DNA of 64,000 nt from Desulfobacteraceae bacterium. Lineage in GTDB: Bacteria; Desulfobacterota; Desulfobacteria; Desulfobacterales; UBA5616. Made by a program: the position numbers and the translations under genes. A model generated the notes under the pieces. It was not told where the DNA came from. It ran no database searches and worked only from the letters and a program-made list of their open reading frames with translations. Location of the stretch: contig VMSV01000196.1 of assembly GCA_013791935.1 (NCBI GenBank), positions 1,745 through 65,744 on the forward strand, written 5' to 3'. Numbering within the stretch: the first letter of the stretch is position 1; each line of letters begins with the position of its first letter. Of the stretch, positions 36,950-48,617 are shown one piece after another.

Positions 36950-39900
36950 AAAGTATCGCCCCTTTGGTCTTTTCCATCTGCGACTTCTTGTTTTTATAAC
37001 CCTTGGGGTGGCGATGATTTCCGAGCCGGTTTTTGCACGAGAGGAAAGCCTTGATCCCGGGGCTGGAACTATCCGGTCCGCCTCCGAAATCGACTACCCT
37101 CCATTCTGCCTGGTGGACGCAAACGGTGAGGCCGACGGGTTTTCCGTGGAACTGCTCAGGGCATCCCTTAAGGCCATGGGCCGTGACGTGACCTTTAAAA
37201 CCGGCACCTGGAATGAGGTGAAAGGCTGGCTGGAAAAAGGGGAAATCCAGGCCCTGCCCCTGGTGGGGCGGACCCCGGAGCGGGAATACATCTATGATTT
37301 CACTTTTCCGTATATGACGCTTCACGGCGCCATTGTGGTTCGAAAGGGGACCAATGACATCCTGAACCTGGAAGATCTAAGGGGGCGGACTGTTTCGGTC
37401 ATGAAGGGGGACAATGCAGAAGAATTTTTAAGACGGGAAGACCGGGAAATTCTGATTCATACGACAGATACTTTTGAAAAAGCCCTGAAGGATCTTTCCC
37501 GAGGCCTTTGTGAGGCCGTGGTGGTTCAGAGGCTTGTGGCCGTCAGATTGATCAGTAACAAAGGGCTTGAAAATCTCGAAATCGTAAACCGGCCCATCGA
37601 AGGTTTTCGCCAGGATTTCTGCTTCGCCGTCAAGGAAGGAGATCGGGAGACCCTGGCCCTGCTCAATGAAGGTCTTGCTCTGGCCATGGCGGACGGCACT
37701 TACAGTCACTTCCACTCCAAATGGTTCGCAGACCTGGAGCTTCCGACCAACAAGCATATCGTGATCGGTGGGGATGAGAACTATCCGCCCTATGAATACC
37801 TGGATGAGAGCGGGCATCCGGCTGGCTATAATGTGGATCTCACCCGGGCTATAGCCCTTGTCACAGGCCTGGACATTGAAATTCGTTTGGGACCCTGGCC
37901 GAGCATACGGGATGCCCTGGCAAAGGGTGAAATAGACGCTCTCCAAGGGATGTTTTACTCCCCAGAAAGGGATCTGACCTTTGATTTCACCCCTCCCCAC
38001 ATTGTCAACCATTGCGTTGGAGTTGTTCGAAAAGGCGAAGGAAAACCACCGGCCAGCCTGTCGGATCTGAGAAAGAAACGCATCGTGGTTCAGGCTGGCG
38101 ACATCATGCAGGAGTTTGCAGTGGAAAACGGCTTGAAGGAGCAGCTTGCCGTGGTGGACTCCCAGGCGGATGCCATCCGGGGCGTATCGGAAGGGCGGTA
38201 TGATTGCGCACTGGTTTCCAGGTTAACCGCTCTGTACTGGATCAAAAAGATAGGACTGAACAATCTTGCCGTTGGAGAAAAATCGTTTCTCTCCCCCGAC
38301 TACTGCTATGCTGTCCCCCAAAATCATAAGGCCCTCCTTGCCCAACTTGGAGAAGGCCTGAAAATGGTTGCCGACTCCGGAGAATTCTATCGTATTAATC
38401 AAAAATGGATGGGCGTTTACGAGGAACCCCCGCGGGATATGATGGGGATTCTGCGTGATGGGGCCAAGATCATTGTCCCTCTGGGATCCCTTCTGCTGGT
38501 TTTTTTCCTCTGGTCCTGGTCCCTTCGCAGGCAGGTTGCGATTCGAACGGAGGAATTGGGAAAAAGCGAAGAACAATACCGGCTGCTGGCCGAAAACACC
38601 ATAGATGTCATTTGGACCATGAATCTCGATCTCGAGCTAACCTATGTCAATCCCGCCTGTCTCGATGTATTCGGTTTCACGGCGGAAGAATTGACCGGCA
38701 TGCCGTTATCTCAATATCTGGACAAGAAAAATCTGGCCAGGACAGCCCGGCTAATCAATGATGAAATATCCAGAGGATCGGAAGCCAAGGGCTTTATTTT
38801 CGAAACCGATATCATCCGGAAAGACGGTCAAACCCTCCCCATGGAAGTTCACAGCAAGGTGATTTACGATGACCAAGGAAAGGTGGCAGGTTTCCAGGGG
38901 GTTACCCGGGATATTTCCGAACGGAAGAAGGCGGAAGCGGTATTGCATCATCAGGAGGTTCTCCTTCGGGAAATGGGTTCCATGGCCAAAATAGGCGGAT
39001 GGGAAATTGATACGGCAACCGGCAAGGGAACACGAACCGAGGAAACGGCCCGCATCCATGACCTGGACCCTCAAATAGAAACCCGATTGGGAATTGGGTT
39101 GAACCTTTATCTCGAGGAATCCAGGGAAAAACTGAAAAAGGCTGTTCTTGAAGCCGCTGAACAAAGCAAATCCTTTGATCTGGAGTTGGAAATCATCACA
39201 GCCAAAGGGGTTCACAAATGGATCAGGGCCATGGGGAAGCCGAGGATTGAAAATGGGAAAGTCGTCAGCGTCCGGGGCTCTTTCCAGGACATCACCGAAC
39301 GGATGCAATACCGCCAGCGCATCGAGCACCTGAACCAAGTGCTTCGTGCCATCAGAGATGTGAACCACCTGATCGTGCATGAACGGAATCCCCAGCACCT
39401 CATCCAGGAGGGGTGCCGCCTTCTGGTGGACAACCGGGGGTATTTAACCGCGCTGATTATTTTGACCAATGAAAAAGGCCAGCCCGAAACCTGGGCCCAG
39501 GCCGGAATGGGGCATAAATTTGAGGAGATGTCCGATCAGCTCCGGAGCGCGGAAATGCCGGTGTGTTGTGGTTTTGTAATGCATACCGAGAAGGTGTTCC
39601 TCATTCAGGACAAGCTTGGGATCTGCAGCCAATGCCCTTTGGGTGAACTGAATGCAGACCTGGACGCCTTCTGCATTCGTTTAAGCCATGGACAAACCGT
39701 TTTCGGTTATCTGATTGCATCAACGGCCAAGGGGCTTGCCGGCGATCTCGAAGAGCAGAGTCTTTTTTCCGAAATAGCCGGGGACTTTGCGTATGCCCTC
39801 TTTGTCCTGCGCTCGGAAAAAACTCACAAAGATATGGAAGACCAGAAGAAAATTCTGGAAGATCAGCTCATTCAAGCTCAAAAAATGGAATCCGTGGGAC

Positions 39901-41009
39901 GACTGGCCGGAGGCGTGGCCCATGATTTCAACAACATGCTCAGCGTTATCCTGGGGTATACGGAAATCGCCATCGAAAAGACTCTGCCGGATGGGCCCAT
40001 CCTCCAGGATTTACACGAGATCCAGAACGCTGCGGTTCGGTCCGCGGACATTACCCGCCAATTGCTGGCCTTTGCCCGCCAGCAGACCATAGCCCCCAAG
40101 ATCCTGGATCTTAACGAAACCGTGGAGAGCATGCTCAAAATGCTTCGGCGGCTCATGGGGGAAGACATTGACCTGGCTTGGATGCCGGGGTTGGATTTGT
40201 GGCCGGTGAACATGGACCCGACCCAGGTGGACCAGATCCTGGCGAACCTGGTCATCAATGCCAGAGATTCCATCTCCGGGGTGGGAAAGGTCACCATTGA
40301 AACGGAAAACATCCGGCTGGATGAAGCCTATTGTAAGGATCATCCAGGGTTTGTTCCCGGAGAATTCGTCATGCTCGGGGTGAGCGACGATGGTTGCGGC
40401 ATGGACCGGGAAATCCAAAAAAAGGTTTTCGAACCCTTTTTCACCACCAAAGGCATCGGCAAGGGAACCGGTCTGGGGCTTGCCACGGTTTACGGCATTG
40501 TCAAACAGAACAACGGGTTCATCAACGTCTACAGTGAGCCGGGAGCCTGGGCTACGTTTAAGATTTATCTTCCGAGATTCTTGGACCAGACCCTTTCAAG
40601 CCTTGATGGGGTCGAGGAAAAGGCCATTCTTCCCGGGGGCCATGAAACCGTGTTTCTGGTGGAAGATGAAGATGCCATTCTTAAGATGGGAAAAAGGATG
40701 CTGGAAAGTCTGGGATACAGGGTGATGGCATCGGCTTCACCCGTGGAGGCCCTGGAAATGGCGCAAAAGCATTCGGAGGGTCTCGACCTGCTGATCACCG
40801 ATGTGGTGATGCCGGAAATGAACGGGCGGGATTTGTCCCGTCAGCTGCAGCAAATTCATCCCGGGCTTAGATCGCTTTTCATGTCCGGATACACCGCCAA
40901 TGTCATCGCCCACCGGGGGGTGTTGGATGCCGGGGTTCATTTCATTCAAAAACCCTTTTCAAAAAAGGATCTGGCCATGAAGGTGAGGTCTATTCTGGAC
41001 AATGAATAA
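36942..41009 (+). CDS. Hybrid sensor histidine kinase (2x SBP family 3, PAS, GAF, HisKA, HATPase, REC)
   Basis: [44 protein letters not shown]. Confidence 0.95.
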   Translation: MNKKYRPFGLFHLRLLVFITLGVAMISEPVFAREESLDPGAGTIRSASEIDYPPFCLVDANGEADGFSVELLRASLKAMGRDVTFKTGTWNEVKGWLEKGEIQALPLVGRTPEREYIYDFTFPYMTLHGAIVVRKGTNDILNLEDLRGRTVSVMKGDNAEEFLRREDREILIHTTDTFEKALKDLSRGLCEAVVVQRLVAVRLISNKGLENLEIVNRPIEGFRQDFCFAVKEGDRETLALLNEGLALAMADGTYSHFHSKWFADLELPTNKHIVIGGDENYPPYEYLDESGHPAGYNVDLTRAIALVTGLDIEIRLGPWPSIRDALAKGEIDALQGMFYSPERDLTFDFTPPHIVNHCVGVVRKGEGKPPASLSDLRKKRIVVQAGDIMQEFAVENGLKEQLAVVDSQADAIRGVSEGRYDCALVSRLTALYWIKKIGLNNLAVGEKSFLSPDYCYAVPQNHKALLAQLGEGLKMVADSGEFYRINQKWMGVYEEPPRDMMGILRDGAKIIVPLGSLLLVFFLWSWSLRRQVAIRTEELGKSEEQYRLLAENTIDVIWTMNLDLELTYVNPACLDVFGFTAEELTGMPLSQYLDKKNLARTARLINDEISRGSEAKGFIFETDIIRKDGQTLPMEVHSKVIYDDQGKVAGFQGVTRDISERKKAEAVLHHQEVLLREMGSMAKIGGWEIDTATGKGTRTEETARIHDLDPQIETRLGIGLNLYLEESREKLKKAVLEAAEQSKSFDLELEIITAKGVHKWIRAMGKPRIENGKVVSVRGSFQDITERMQYRQRIEHLNQVLRAIRDVNHLIVHERNPQHLIQEGCRLLVDNRGYLTALIILTNEKGQPETWAQAGMGHKFEEMSDQLRSAEMPVCCGFVMHTEKVFLIQDKLGICSQCPLGELNADLDAFCIRLSHGQTVFGYLIASTAKGLAGDLEEQSLFSEIAGDFAYALFVLRSEKTHKDMEDQKKILEDQLIQAQKMESVGRLAGGVAHDFNNMLSVILGYTEIAIEKTLPDGPILQDLHEIQNAAVRSADITRQLLAFARQQTIAPKILDLNETVESMLKMLRRLMGEDIDLAWMPGLDLWPVNMDPTQVDQILANLVINARDSISGVGKVTIETENIRLDEAYCKDHPGFVPGEFVMLGVSDDGCGMDREIQKKVFEPFFTTKGIGKGTGLGLATVYGIVKQNNGFINVYSEPGAWATFKIYLPRFLDQTLSSLDGVEEKAILPGGHETVFLVEDEDAILKMGKRMLESLGYRVMASASPVEALEMAQKHSEGLDLLITDVVMPEMNGRDLSRQLQQIHPGLRSLFMSGYTANVIAHRGVLDAGVHFIQKPFSKKDLAMKVRSILDNE

Positions 41010-41044
41010 CGGGGCAACAGGCTTTGAATCACCCGGACCCGGCC

Positions 41045-42400
41045 TTAAGCAAGATTCAGAATGAATTTCGCCAGGTAGAAATAGATGAGAAGACCGGTGG
41101 CATCCACCAGGGTGGCCAGAAGGGGGCTGCTGATCACCGCCGGATCAAGACGAAAATGACTCAGGAGAATGGGCAGAAGGCTGCCCAGCAGATTGGACCA
41201 CATGATCACGGCGATCATGGACAGACCGATGACCAGTCCCACTTCCAGGCCCCCCTGCCAGAAATAGCTCCTTAAGAAGAGGGTGACGCCCAGGGTGATT
41301 CCAAGCATGGCTCCGATGATCAGCTCTTTCTTCACCACATCCCACCACCGGGCCAGATTAAGATCCCCTACGGCAATGGCGCGAATGATCAGGGTGGAGG
41401 ACTGGGAAGCCGTATTCCCGCCGCTGCCGATCAAAACCGGAATAAAAAAGGCCAGCACAATCACCGATTGCAGAGCATCATGGAAGTGGGCGATGATATT
41501 GGAGGACAAAAACCCCGAAACCAGCAGGAGCATGAGCCATCCCACCCTTTTTTTGTACAACAAGACCACCGAAGCCATGGCATAGGATTCCTCCACCGGG
41601 ACAATGGCGGCAACCTTATGGAAATCTTCCGAGACTTCTTCTTCCAGAACATCAATGATGTCGTCGATGGTGACAATCCCCAGGAGAATACCATTGGAAT
41701 CCACCACGGGAAGGATGTTGAGGTTGTATTTTTTCATGTGTGAAACAGCCAGTTCCTGATCATCGTAAGCCGTTATGGACACACATTTGCTGTCCATAAT
41801 GGTCTCCACGGTCTCCGTATTGCCGGCCAGGATGAATTTCCGGATGGGAATATCGCCCTTCAACTTCCATTCTTTATCCACCACGTAGACAATATTGATG
41901 GTTTCGGCAACCTTATCCCTTCGGCGAATATGGGCCCTGGCCTGTTCAATATCCCAGTTCTGCCTCACCGCCACGTAATCCGGCGTCATGAGCCTGCCCA
42001 CGCTTTCCTCGGGGTATCCCAGAAGGCCCAGGGCTTCTTTTCTTTCATCCAGGGGAAGCAGGTTCAGAATTTTCTGGGTCAATTCACCGGGGATTTCTTC
42101 AAAAATATCGGTTCTGTCATCCGGCGGCAATTGAAGCATTAATTCCTTCAATTCCTGGTTCGCAATGGACCGGATGATGGTTTCCTGGCGGTTGGGCTCC
42201 ACTTCGCTGAAAACAAGGGAGGCCCGGTCCGTGGGCAACAGTCTGAAAACGATCACGGAATCTTTTTCATCCAGGCTGTTCAACAGATCTGCAATGTCCG
42301 GTTCAAGCCATTCCTTGAAAACCTCTTTGAGATCCTTCCAGTTGCTTTCCCGAACCAATTCGAGAATTTCCGGCTGCAAAAGTTTGGAAACCATCACCAT
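41045..42400 (-). CDS. mgtE: Magnesium transporter MgtE
   Basis: YPEESVGRLMT, CBS pair, GSGGN, DPA.ISSP...VD.TG. Confidence 0.95.
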   Translation of the reverse strand: MVMVSKLLQPEILELVRESNWKDLKEVFKEWLEPDIADLLNSLDEKDSVIVFRLLPTDRASLVFSEVEPNRQETIIRSIANQELKELMLQLPPDDRTDIFEEIPGELTQKILNLLPLDERKEALGLLGYPEESVGRLMTPDYVAVRQNWDIEQARAHIRRRDKVAETINIVYVVDKEWKLKGDIPIRKFILAGNTETVETIMDSKCVSITAYDDQELAVSHMKKYNLNILPVVDSNGILLGIVTIDDIIDVLEEEVSEDFHKVAAIVPVEESYAMASVVLLYKKRVGWLMLLLVSGFLSSNIIAHFHDALQSVIVLAFFIPVLIGSGGNTASQSSTLIIRAIAVGDLNLARWWDVVKKELIIGAMLGITLGVTLFLRSYFWQGGLEVGLVIGLSMIAVIMWSNLLGSLLPILLSHFRLDPAVISSPLLATLVDATGLLIYFYLAKFILNLA

Positions 42401-42439
42401 AAGATTGGTCCTAATTGAAGTTGTGAATGGATGAAACCG

Positions 42440-43198
42440 TTATTCTTCATCCGGAGATTCCTCATCATTTTCCATTCCCTCCGGAGCAAAGGGGTTGCCC
42501 ATGGTTTCGGTTTTCACCCCCGGGGGTAATTTGAAAAGAGACCCGTCAATGGATTGATTCAGAGTCACCTCGGTGACCACGGATTCTGTTTTGGAACCGG
42601 GCATTTTTATGCTTTGCCCCATCATGGTCATGGTTTGGCCGGGAATCGTCACAATGCTTTTCATGGGAAACTGTTTTTCGTTCCACACCCATTCCCGGAC
42701 ATTGCTGGTGATATTGGCCATGGTGCTTGCGTATTCCTTGATGGTGCATGCTTTCCCGTTGATGGTTTCGGTACCAACGGTTTTTGCGGCTTTGCGGTTT
42801 TCCGCTGCCTGCTTAAAGGAATCGCTGCTTAATAGTCCGGAAGACATGCTCTTCATCATGGCATTCATGACCATGGCGGTTTTTTTTGCAGGGTCATAGA
42901 GGTATTGCTGTTTTCCATCGTCGATGATGATTTGGGTTTCACCTGTGGCCTCATCCTGGATTTCCATTCGCACCTGGTTGCCTGAGATCCAGAATTTCTG
43001 GGTGGATTTTTGAATCTTTCCGTTTCCATCTTCCTGGGTGGTTTTAGAGATCCACCGGGCGGTTTCAAAATCAAAGCCCGAGGCTTTCATGGCTTCGGCC
43101 ATGTTGGTGGGATCTTGGGCAAGGGCCGGAGAAAGGTTTAAGATTGCCATCAGGCTGGCCAGGGCAGTGATCATGAGAAGTTTTTTCGCTGAAGTCAT
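42440..43198 (-). CDS. Exported LolA/DUF4412-like protein
   Basis: Signal peptide; RMEI...YLYDP.KKTA, GTETINGKAC, SLFKLP. Confidence 0.7.
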   Translation of the reverse strand: MTSAKKLLMITALASLMAILNLSPALAQDPTNMAEAMKASGFDFETARWISKTTQEDGNGKIQKSTQKFWISGNQVRMEIQDEATGETQIIIDDGKQQYLYDPAKKTAMVMNAMMKSMSSGLLSSDSFKQAAENRKAAKTVGTETINGKACTIKEYASTMANITSNVREWVWNEKQFPMKSIVTIPGQTMTMMGQSIKMPGSKTESVVTEVTLNQSIDGSLFKLPPGVKTETMGNPFAPEGMENDEESPDEE

Positions 43199-43495
43199 GC
43201 TGATCCTCCTTCAAATGGTTTTAGATCTTTGGGCTTGGGTTTTCTTGTTCATTCCAGGGTTTTTTTCATACGGTCTTTTTATGTGGCCGTTTTCGAATCG
43301 TAGGACATTATAGATCCAACCCGAAGATCCGGCAAGCATAAGATGATCGGGGGGCGTGAAATAAATGTTTGTTAACCGGGCCATCCTTAAAATGGTGCTT
43401 GCAAAATAAAAGGAATCCATTTATGAAATAAAAAACGTAAATAATATTTACATTCACATCAAAATCCCCCTGTTAGCGACCATCTATCCTAACAT

Positions 43496-44815
43496 ATGAT
43501 TAAGGAAAGGAAATTTACCGTGTCTGAACCGATTCAAATGCCAATCCCCTCCAAACCGTTTTACGGCTGGATCAATGTGCTTTTGCTGACCTTTATTTAT
43601 ATGGCCACCACCGGCCTGGTTTTCTATGCTTTTTCCGTCATTTTTCCGGTGATGCTTAAGGCCACCGGCTGGAGCCGCGGGGATGCCTCCATCGCCATAT
43701 CCGTCAACATGCTGGCCGGTGGATTTCTGATCCCTTTTGCAGCCAAATTTCTGAACAAATACGGCAGCCGGAAAGTGATCATCGTGGGGCTGGCTATTCT
43801 GTTTCTGAGCCTGCTGCTCCTGTCCACCGCCACCACGAAACTCTGGCATTGGATCGCCATCTGGGGTGCGATCATTCCCATCGGGCGGGTGCTTTGCGGA
43901 CTTTTGCCGTCCCAGGTGAACATCATGATGTGGTTCAGCCGCAAGCGAGCCATGGCCATAGGACTATTAATGACCGGTGCGCCCATTGGAGGAATTTTCG
44001 CGCCACCGGTCTACACCTGGTTTATGAATTATATGGGGGGCTGGCGATCCGGATGGTTTCTATCCACCGGCGTGGTGTTGATGGCGTTGGTCATGAGTTT
44101 CTGGGTCAAAAGCAAACCCTCGGACATGGGGCAGCATCCTGACGGCATCGTCCCGGGCTCGGTGCAGGCAAACGGCCAAGTCACTCCGCACGGCTCTCGG
44201 ACTTATCGAACCACCGTCGTGTGGACCCTTCGGGAGGTGCTGAAAACCCGGGTTTTCTGGCTCATCACCGTGGTCAACATCACCCAGGGAATGGGACTGG
44301 GTCTGATCGTCTACCATGGCGTGCTCCACATGACGGATGTGGGGTATTCGGCCATGAATGCTGCGTATATTCTTTCCATGATCATGGGAAGCAGTGGCGT
44401 GGTGCGTTTCCCCATCGGCTGGCTGGGGGACCGGGTGGAGCCCCGTTGGATTATCTTCAGCGCTCTTATCATCATGATCATTGGTTTTATCGGCATCTGG
44501 CAAGCCCCGAGTTTTGGCCTTCTCATGATTTTGGGACCCATCTACGGCATTTCCTACGGAATCATGCTCACCATCATGCCCACCATCACAGGCAACTATT
44601 TCGGGCCTGAAGTTTACGCCAACATCAACGGAGCTGTGGGACCTGTTTTAACCGTCATCGGCGCTGCGGTTCCCACCATCGCCGGGTATGCCGTGGAAAA
44701 AACGGGCAGCTACAACGAGGTTTTTCTGGTGATTACGAGTCTTATTGTTATAGGATTGGTTTGCAGCGCATTCCTGGCCCCGCCCCATAAAAAAGAGGTG
44801 TCATCGTATTCTTAA
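43496..44815 (+). CDS. MFS transporter (MCT/OFA-like)
   Basis: FYGW, about 12 TM, WFSRKRAMAIG, GWLGDR. Confidence 0.92.
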   Translation: MIKERKFTVSEPIQMPIPSKPFYGWINVLLLTFIYMATTGLVFYAFSVIFPVMLKATGWSRGDASIAISVNMLAGGFLIPFAAKFLNKYGSRKVIIVGLAILFLSLLLLSTATTKLWHWIAIWGAIIPIGRVLCGLLPSQVNIMMWFSRKRAMAIGLLMTGAPIGGIFAPPVYTWFMNYMGGWRSGWFLSTGVVLMALVMSFWVKSKPSDMGQHPDGIVPGSVQANGQVTPHGSRTYRTTVVWTLREVLKTRVFWLITVVNITQGMGLGLIVYHGVLHMTDVGYSAMNAAYILSMIMGSSGVVRFPIGWLGDRVEPRWIIFSALIIMIIGFIGIWQAPSFGLLMILGPIYGISYGIMLTIMPTITGNYFGPEVYANINGAVGPVLTVIGAAVPTIAGYAVEKTGSYNEVFLVITSLIVIGLVCSAFLAPPHKKEVSSYS

Positions 44816-44845
44816 ATCAAAACCTAAATCGAAAGGAACTGAGCC

Positions 44846-46141
44846 TTGATTGATATTACCGGAGCCATGCCGGCCAAACAACCTTTTTATGGATGGAAAA
44901 ACGCTTTTTTACTTTCTTTTATTTATCTTGCCACGTCGGGAATGGTGTTTTACGCCTTTTCAGTGATTTTCCCGTTTATGCTAAAGGAAACCGGATGGAA
45001 CCGGGGGGATGCTTCCATCGCGATTACGATCGCAACCCTGGCCGGAGGCTTTCTGATTCCTCTTGCCGCGAAACTTCTCAATAAATACGGAAGCCGCAAG
45101 CTGATCATCATCGGCTTGGCCATCTCGTGCGTCAATCTTCTGCTGCTCGGCACGGTGGTCACCAAGCTCTGGCACTGGATCGCCATTTGGGGTCTTCTTC
45201 TCCCCTTGGGTCGCCTGCTTAGCGGACTTTTGCCTTCCCAGGTCAACATCATGCTCTGGTTCAACCGGAAACGGGCCACGGCCATGGGGCTATTGATGAC
45301 CGGCGCCCCCATCGGAGGGGCTCTGGCTCCCCCGGTATTTACGTGGTTTATTGCCCACATGGGGGGATCACGCTATGGATGGTATCTGTCCGCCGGGGTA
45401 ACCTTTCTCGCCCTGATCGCAAGTTTCTGGGTGGTCAGCAAACCTTCGGATCTGGGCCAGTATCCGGACGGCATCGCTCCGGGAACGCTTGCGCCGGGTG
45501 AACAGGCCGGGGTAGCGTTTAAAGACCGGACCTTCCGGTCCAGCTCGGTCTGGACCCTCCGTGAGGTCTTGAAATCCAGAACCCTTTGGCTGTATACCTT
45601 GGCAGGCTTGGCCCAGAGTCTTACGTTGGGAATCGTCGTCTACCACGGTGTCCTGCATCTCACGGACATCGGAATCAGCAAAATGAATGCCGCCATGGTT
45701 TTGTCCTCGGTAACCATCAGCAGCGGAATCGTGCGCTTTCCCATCGGCTGGCTGGGAGACCGGGTGGAGCCCCGGTGGATTTATTTCACAGCCCTGATTT
45801 TTAGCCTCATCGGGTTTGTAGGCATCTGGAAGGCCCCGAGCATTCCCTTGCTTATGGTTTTAGGATCCATTTACGGCATTGGCTACGGCTCCATTCTCAG
45901 CATCGGCTCCACCTTGCTCGGAAATTATTACGGGCCTGAAGTCTTCCCCAGCATCCGGGGAGCTTTAGGGCCTTTTCTCACGCTGTTTGGCGCCGGTGTT
46001 CCCACCATCGCCGGGTATGCCATGGAAATACAGGGCAATTACAATTCGGTTTTTTTCTGGTTGGCCGTTTTTCTGGGAGTGGGCATCCTCTGCAGCGCAT
46101 TTTTAACACCGCCACAAAAACCGGCCCAAGAAGCTGTTTAG
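44846..46141 (+). CDS. MFS transporter, tandem paralog of upstream gene
   Basis: Collinear and visibly similar to 43496..44815. Confidence 0.92.
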   Translation: MIDITGAMPAKQPFYGWKNAFLLSFIYLATSGMVFYAFSVIFPFMLKETGWNRGDASIAITIATLAGGFLIPLAAKLLNKYGSRKLIIIGLAISCVNLLLLGTVVTKLWHWIAIWGLLLPLGRLLSGLLPSQVNIMLWFNRKRATAMGLLMTGAPIGGALAPPVFTWFIAHMGGSRYGWYLSAGVTFLALIASFWVVSKPSDLGQYPDGIAPGTLAPGEQAGVAFKDRTFRSSSVWTLREVLKSRTLWLYTLAGLAQSLTLGIVVYHGVLHLTDIGISKMNAAMVLSSVTISSGIVRFPIGWLGDRVEPRWIYFTALIFSLIGFVGIWKAPSIPLLMVLGSIYGIGYGSILSIGSTLLGNYYGPEVFPSIRGALGPFLTLFGAGVPTIAGYAMEIQGNYNSVFFWLAVFLGVGILCSAFLTPPQKPAQEAV

Positions 46142-46144
46142 AAT

Positions 46145-46174
46145 AGCAAGGGCGGGCTAACGCCTGCCCTTGCT
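46145..46174 (+). terminator. Hairpin after MFS pair
   Basis: AGCAAGGGCGGGC-TAAC-GCCTGCCCTTGCT; weak U-tract. Confidence 0.5.
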
Positions 46175-46320
46175 CTCCATCCTCCTCATTCAATTCCAAG
46201 ACCTTTGTGGTTTGACCTTTGGAAATAAAAAGGTTAGAAGGCCTGGAATAAAATTTCTCCGAGATCATTTTCATCGACAACCCTGAAATTCTATAAGGAT
46301 AAATTTAATAAGTTACAGTC

Positions 46321-47382
46321 ATGTTTGAAAATATATCAGTTCTTGCCGGCAGCAGTGCCCTCCGGATGATTCGTGAAGAGGGGCTCAACTTAAACCGGGT
46401 GAAAGTCCTTGCCGGGGCTTCCGGAGCAGCCAAGTTTCTCGTACTGACGGGCATCGATAGGGTATTGATGTCCTTGTTCAAGGATCGAAAGGACCCCCTT
46501 TTCCTCATCGGCACCTCCATTGGCGCTTTCCGGATGGCAGCCTATTGCCAGAAAGACCCCATTGCCGCTCTGAACAACCTGGAAAGGGAATATATTGCCC
46601 AGCATTATGATACAAAGCCCTCGCGCCAGGAAATCACAAAGGAATCCTGGCGGATTCTCAATGCCTATATTGAGGATTCTGAAATAGAACCCATGCTCCA
46701 TCACCCTTTCATGAGGATGACCTTTCTTGCCAATCAATGCCGGGGTCTGATGAAATCGGAAAATCTGTTTTTTCAATCCCTGGGCATTGCCGCGGCTGGT
46801 TTGGGGAATTTGATCCACAGGAGCACCCTGGGCTGTTTTTTTGAGAGGGCCCTGTTCTGTGCACCGGGAAGCCCTCCTCCCTTTGCCGGCATGAACCAGT
46901 TCCCCTTGAAGCGCCATGATCTCAATGCGTCCAATTTTAAAACCGCTCTCCTGGCATCGGGTTCCATTCCCTTTGCAATGGAAGGGGTATCCAATATTTC
47001 CGGAGTACCGGGAATATTCCGGGACGGAGGCATTCTGGATTATCACCTGGACATTCCTTTTCTTCCTGAAGAGGATGGCCTTGTTTTATACCCCCATTTC
47101 TATGACTACATCATTCCCGGCTGGTTTGATAAAAACCTCCGGCGAAAGCCCGACCCGGAAAACCTGAAAAATGTCGTGCTTCTATCTCCCTCCAAAAAGT
47201 TTGTCGATGCCCTGCCCATGGGAAGAATACCGGACAGAAAGGATTTTAAAATCTTTTTCAAAAAAGATGCGGAAAGAATAAAACTCTGGAAAGCGTCTGC
47301 TGAAAAAAACGCAGTCCTCGGAGAAGAATTCCTTGAAGCCATGGAATCGGGTAGAATACGGGACAGGGTGAAGCCTCTCTAA
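46321..47382 (+). CDS. Patatin-like phospholipase family protein
   Basis: GASGAAK, GTSIG (GxSxG), ASGSIP, DGG. Confidence 0.88.
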   Translation: MFENISVLAGSSALRMIREEGLNLNRVKVLAGASGAAKFLVLTGIDRVLMSLFKDRKDPLFLIGTSIGAFRMAAYCQKDPIAALNNLEREYIAQHYDTKPSRQEITKESWRILNAYIEDSEIEPMLHHPFMRMTFLANQCRGLMKSENLFFQSLGIAAAGLGNLIHRSTLGCFFERALFCAPGSPPPFAGMNQFPLKRHDLNASNFKTALLASGSIPFAMEGVSNISGVPGIFRDGGILDYHLDIPFLPEEDGLVLYPHFYDYIIPGWFDKNLRRKPDPENLKNVVLLSPSKKFVDALPMGRIPDRKDFKIFFKKDAERIKLWKASAEKNAVLGEEFLEAMESGRIRDRVKPL

Positions 47383-47610
47383 AACGGTTTCCATTTTCAT
47401 TCTTTTATGATAATTGTTATCATATTAGTTCATGAATTCAAAAAGTAACAAATATTATAGAGAACTATTACCTTTATTTCATAATTTCAGTTTTTGGAAC
47501 CATGCGGTCCGGAGAGCCGAGGTGTGATCCTTTTCGATGGGTTGAGAATTAATGCAATAACATCATATAGTTGCTATCAACATTCTTTTTAAGGGTTTGT
47601 GAAAAGTGTA

Positions 47611-47627
47611 TTGGCATTTATATTGCT
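47611..47627 (+). promoter_or_regulatory. sigma54 (-24/-12) promoter
   Basis: TTGGCATTTATATTGCT = GG-N10-GC, about 40 bp before ATG 47670. Confidence 0.7.
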
Positions 47628-47669
47628 AATACAAAGGCCACGAATCAAAAAACAGAGGAATGGAAAATA

Positions 47670-48188
47670 ATGAACTCATATTCAGCACTTAGCAGCGATT
47701 TTATGGAAAAAACCAATGAGGCTTTTCAGCGTTTTCAAACGGAAAAAGTTCCTTTTTCTGCTTTACGATTGGCCATTCCCGGTGATTATGCAAATGATGC
47801 GGCTTTTGATCAGGTAGTAAAAAAACATCTCAGGGAAACAGACAAAGTTCTCGGAAACCAAGACGACTTCTATGCTATTTTAATGGAAGGGACATCCTTT
47901 GACGCTGCGGTATCCGCCTCCAAGCGGCTTGCCGGAAGCCTTTTACAGCTTCACAAAACAAGACCGAGAAGTTCAAGCCGCAAGGACCTGCAAGCCTCCT
48001 TTGAAATTATCGGGTGCAAAACGGGGTCCGATCATCTTTGCAGAACCTATCTTGATTTGAACAGTCCTTGGAAAACAACCGTTGGGATGAAACCGATTCC
48101 AAGGGAAGTTCAGGTCTATCTTGATGCTTCCCAACCCATGAGCAGAAAATCAGGCAACCATGATGGAATGGTGAATATAAAGGTATAA
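47670..48188 (+). CDS. Degenerate GGDEF-fold-like protein
   Basis: PFSAL...LRETD.V...DDFYAILM.GTS...A....KRL; signature is NQDDF rather than GGDEF. Confidence 0.55.
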   Translation: MNSYSALSSDFMEKTNEAFQRFQTEKVPFSALRLAIPGDYANDAAFDQVVKKHLRETDKVLGNQDDFYAILMEGTSFDAAVSASKRLAGSLLQLHKTRPRSSSRKDLQASFEIIGCKTGSDHLCRTYLDLNSPWKTTVGMKPIPREVQVYLDASQPMSRKSGNHDGMVNIKV

Positions 48189-48199
48189 AGGGCATTCCT

Positions 48200-48514
48200 A
48201 TGAACCAGCATGACAGCAGATCATTCAATAAAAACCAGGACAGGCTGAGCGAAATCAAAAAACCATCCGGGACGGAGGATGTGAATATGGAAGAAAAATA
48301 CCGAAGAGAAATTGACCGGTTGCTGGAATTGCGTCCTGAAATGGCTGATTTTCAGAGAGAAATCGAAAGACGGCTTTCCCATGCCGGAACTTTTGAAAAT
48401 AGAATGGCGGTTCTGGGGATCATGATGGAGGATAAGCTCTGTCAGCTTAAATATCATTTGTCCATACTGGCGGAAAAAGTTAATTCCTGGGAGGCCATGG
48501 CCAACCGAAGGTAA
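48200..48514 (+). CDS. Small helical hypothetical protein (start may be 48287)
   Basis: 104 aa ORF; GGAGG before internal Met; followed by hairpin. Confidence 0.65.
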   Translation: MNQHDSRSFNKNQDRLSEIKKPSGTEDVNMEEKYRREIDRLLELRPEMADFQREIERRLSHAGTFENRMAVLGIMMEDKLCQLKYHLSILAEKVNSWEAMANRR

Positions 48515-48528
48515 GCCATCAGATGGGA

Positions 48529-48557
48529 AATGCCCTGATTCAGGCAATCAGGGCATT
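48529..48557. terminator. Hairpin terminator between convergent genes
   Basis: AATGCCCTGATT-CAGGC-AATCAGGGCATT. Confidence 0.65.
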
Positions 48558-48617
48558 AAAAAATCGTTATGCCCTTGAAAAATCCGATCCCATTTGTGCG
48601 GTATGGAGAATCTGAGT

